NCBI GenBank assembly: GCA_965208835.1
Contig: OZ242358.1
Span: 2,496,001 to 2,560,000 of the forward strand
Source of the DNA: Candidatus Latescibacterota bacterium
GTDB lineage: Bacteria > Latescibacterota > UBA2968 > GCA-2709665
DNA: 64,000 bases
Direction of reading: 5' to 3'
Shown here: positions 62,494-64,000 of the stretch, piece by piece
How the letters are laid out: the number at the start of each line of letters is the position of its first letter
How positions within the stretch are numbered: position 1 is the stretch's first letter
Notes under the pieces: generated by a model
Told to the model about the DNA's origin: nothing
The model's input: only the letters and a program-made list of their open reading frames with translations
Databases searched by the model: none
Position numbers and translations under genes: made by a program

Positions 62494-63513
62494 TTAGAAT
62501 TCCTGCGCTTCAACTCCGTCGTCCAGATCGGATTCATCGGCTGCCTGCAGCCTCTTTTCACTTTCATACCGGTCGTATGCGGAAATTATCTTCCTGACCA
62601 GAGCGTGACGCACGACATCCTCTTCGGTGAATTGTACGAACCTCACGGCCTCTATATGTGATAGAATCTGCTGAACATGTACGAGTCCGGACAATTCATC
62701 GGGCGGCAGGTCGATCTGTGTAACGTCGCCATTGACAACCGCCTTGGAGTTGGCGCCCAGTCGGGTGAGAAACATCTTCATCTGGCTGATGGTCGTATTC
62801 TGTGCTTCATCGAGAATGACAAACGCGTTGTTGAGCGTACGACCCCGCATGAATGCCAGAGGGGCAATTTCCAGTGTCCGATTCTCGAGCAGGTGTTGTA
62901 TATGTTCGCCGGGGATCATGTCCCGCAGCGCGTCGTATAGCGGGCGCAGATAGGGATCGACCTTATCCTGAATATCGCCGGGAAGGAACCCGAGGTGCTC
63001 TCCGGCCTCCACGGCCGGACGGGTCAGGATAATCCTCGATACCTCCTTGCGCTTGAGAGCCGCTGCGGCGCAGGCGACGGCGAGGTAGGTCTTGCCGGTC
63101 CCGGCGGGGCCGATGCCGAAAACGATGTCGAATTTTTCAATTCCGGTTACATAATGCTGCTGGGCGGTCGAGCGGGGCCGGATCACGCATTTCTGGGTGA
63201 CCAGTACCGTCTTGTTTGCTTCGGAAGGCCCGTTGTCGTGATTTGTTGCCCTTGAATCGTCTGCCCCTTCGGGCGCGTCGCCGTGCCGCAGGCACGAGAC
63301 CATCTCTTCCAGAAGTCCGGAAACATGCCGGACTTTGTACGCGGGGCCGGTGATTGTGACGGTCTCGCCACGGGCCGTGACGTGGACGCCGTATCGGGCT
63401 TCGAGCGCCAGAAGGTTGACGTCGTTGTGGCCGTACAATGTGAGGGGATCGACGCCCTGAATAGACAGCTGATGAGATAAGGTGGGATTTCTCAACAGGT
63501 TAGGTCTTTTCAC
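62494..63513 (-). CDS. phoH: PhoH-family ATPase
   Basis: 'GPAGTGKTYLA', 'TRPAVEAGE.LGFLPGD', 'AFMRGRT', 'DEAQN'. Confidence 0.95.
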   Translation of the reverse strand: MKRPNLLRNPTLSHQLSIQGVDPLTLYGHNDVNLLALEARYGVHVTARGETVTITGPAYKVRHVSGLLEEMVSCLRHGDAPEGADDSRATNHDNGPSEANKTVLVTQKCVIRPRSTAQQHYVTGIEKFDIVFGIGPAGTGKTYLAVACAAAALKRKEVSRIILTRPAVEAGEHLGFLPGDIQDKVDPYLRPLYDALRDMIPGEHIQHLLENRTLEIAPLAFMRGRTLNNAFVILDEAQNTTISQMKMFLTRLGANSKAVVNGDVTQIDLPPDELSGLVHVQQILSHIEAVRFVQFTEEDVVRHALVRKIISAYDRYESEKRLQAADESDLDDGVEAQEF

Positions 63514-63517
63514 ATAT

Positions 63518-63562
63518 AAAAAAAGCTCCCGTTCCGGCCAGACTCCGGTAACGAGAGCTTTT
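63518..63562 (-). terminator. Terminator-like hairpin between the LysM gene and phoH
   Basis: AAAGCTC.CGTT.CCGG...CCGG.AACG.GAGCTTT with an A-run (U-tract on the minus strand) next to the phoH start. Confidence 0.5.
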
Positions 63563-63649
63563 CAATTGTCTTATTCGTCGTGTGAGTCGCTTTCCATTTT
63601 TTAAGGACGCAAATCTCCGCAGCTCGGAGCCGTGGGGTCCTGGAATCTG

Positions 63650-64000
63650 TCAGTCTTCGGGTACATCGATGACCTGGGCCGGGAAGATCAGGTTCGGATC
63701 CCTGATCTGCGACTTGTTCGCCCGGTAAAGGCGGTGCCACTTCGTCGGGTTGTTGTAGATCATCCCGGCAATACTCGTGAGTGTATGGCCCTGAAGGACC
63801 AGGTGTTGGCCTCTGTCAACGCCAAAGGGGATCTGCAGCACCCAATCGGGGTAGATCAGATCCGGATGCCTGATCTTGTCGCGGTTCTCGAGATAGATTC
63901 GGGGCCAGAGATAGGCATTGTCGTAAATGTCCTCGCTCTTGGCGATATTCCAGAGATTGTCGTTCCGAAGCACCGTGTAGTCCTTGATCTTCTTCGCAGG
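63650..64000 (-). CDS. LysM peptidoglycan-binding protein (5' end outside the window)
   Basis: Two LysM repeats: 'DNLWNIA...WPRIY..N...PDLIYP' and 'TLTSIA...WHRLYRAN...PNLIFP'. Confidence 0.85.
   Translation of the reverse strand, partial: PAKKIKDYTVLRNDNLWNIAKSEDIYDNAYLWPRIYLENRDKIRHPDLIYPDWVLQIPFGVDRGQHLVLQGHTLTSIAGMIYNNPTKWHRLYRANKSQIRDPNLIFPAQVIDVPED

Overview
GC-rich bacterial chromosomal segment, probably from a diderm FCB-group lineage such as Latescibacterota (inferred from SprA, EF-hand/dockerin-like 'GDFNGDGxVxFxDF' modules and LptFG). It contains a complete suf operon ending in an Rrf2 regulator, a divergent 11-subunit nuo operon lacking nuoEFG, an orphan PqqD-family pair, and lexA with a GAAC-N4-GTTC box. 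Next come a sprA-comEA-(pilM-like)-coaD-obgE-dprA run, lptFG, M23/HD/Nth genes, three tRNAs, a tetraheme cytochrome c and nrdR-nrdJ. An accessory block holds two tandem heparinase II/III-like paralogs, a CreD-like protein and a TonB-dependent receptor, followed by phoH-pgpH-ybeY-corC. The most notable items are hidden from the ORF track. Two envelope genes are split by in-frame TGA codons that look like selenocysteine: an outer-membrane beta-barrel (39329-40294, TGA six residues after the predicted signal cleavage site, followed by a clean SECIS-like hairpin) and a thioredoxin-fold lipoprotein with SPT-U-PVC (57561-58157). There is also a ~155-nt rod-shaped structured RNA candidate upstream of the TonB receptor, and two families of MITE-like intergenic repeats. 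All calls come from manual reading; no searches or folding programs were run.
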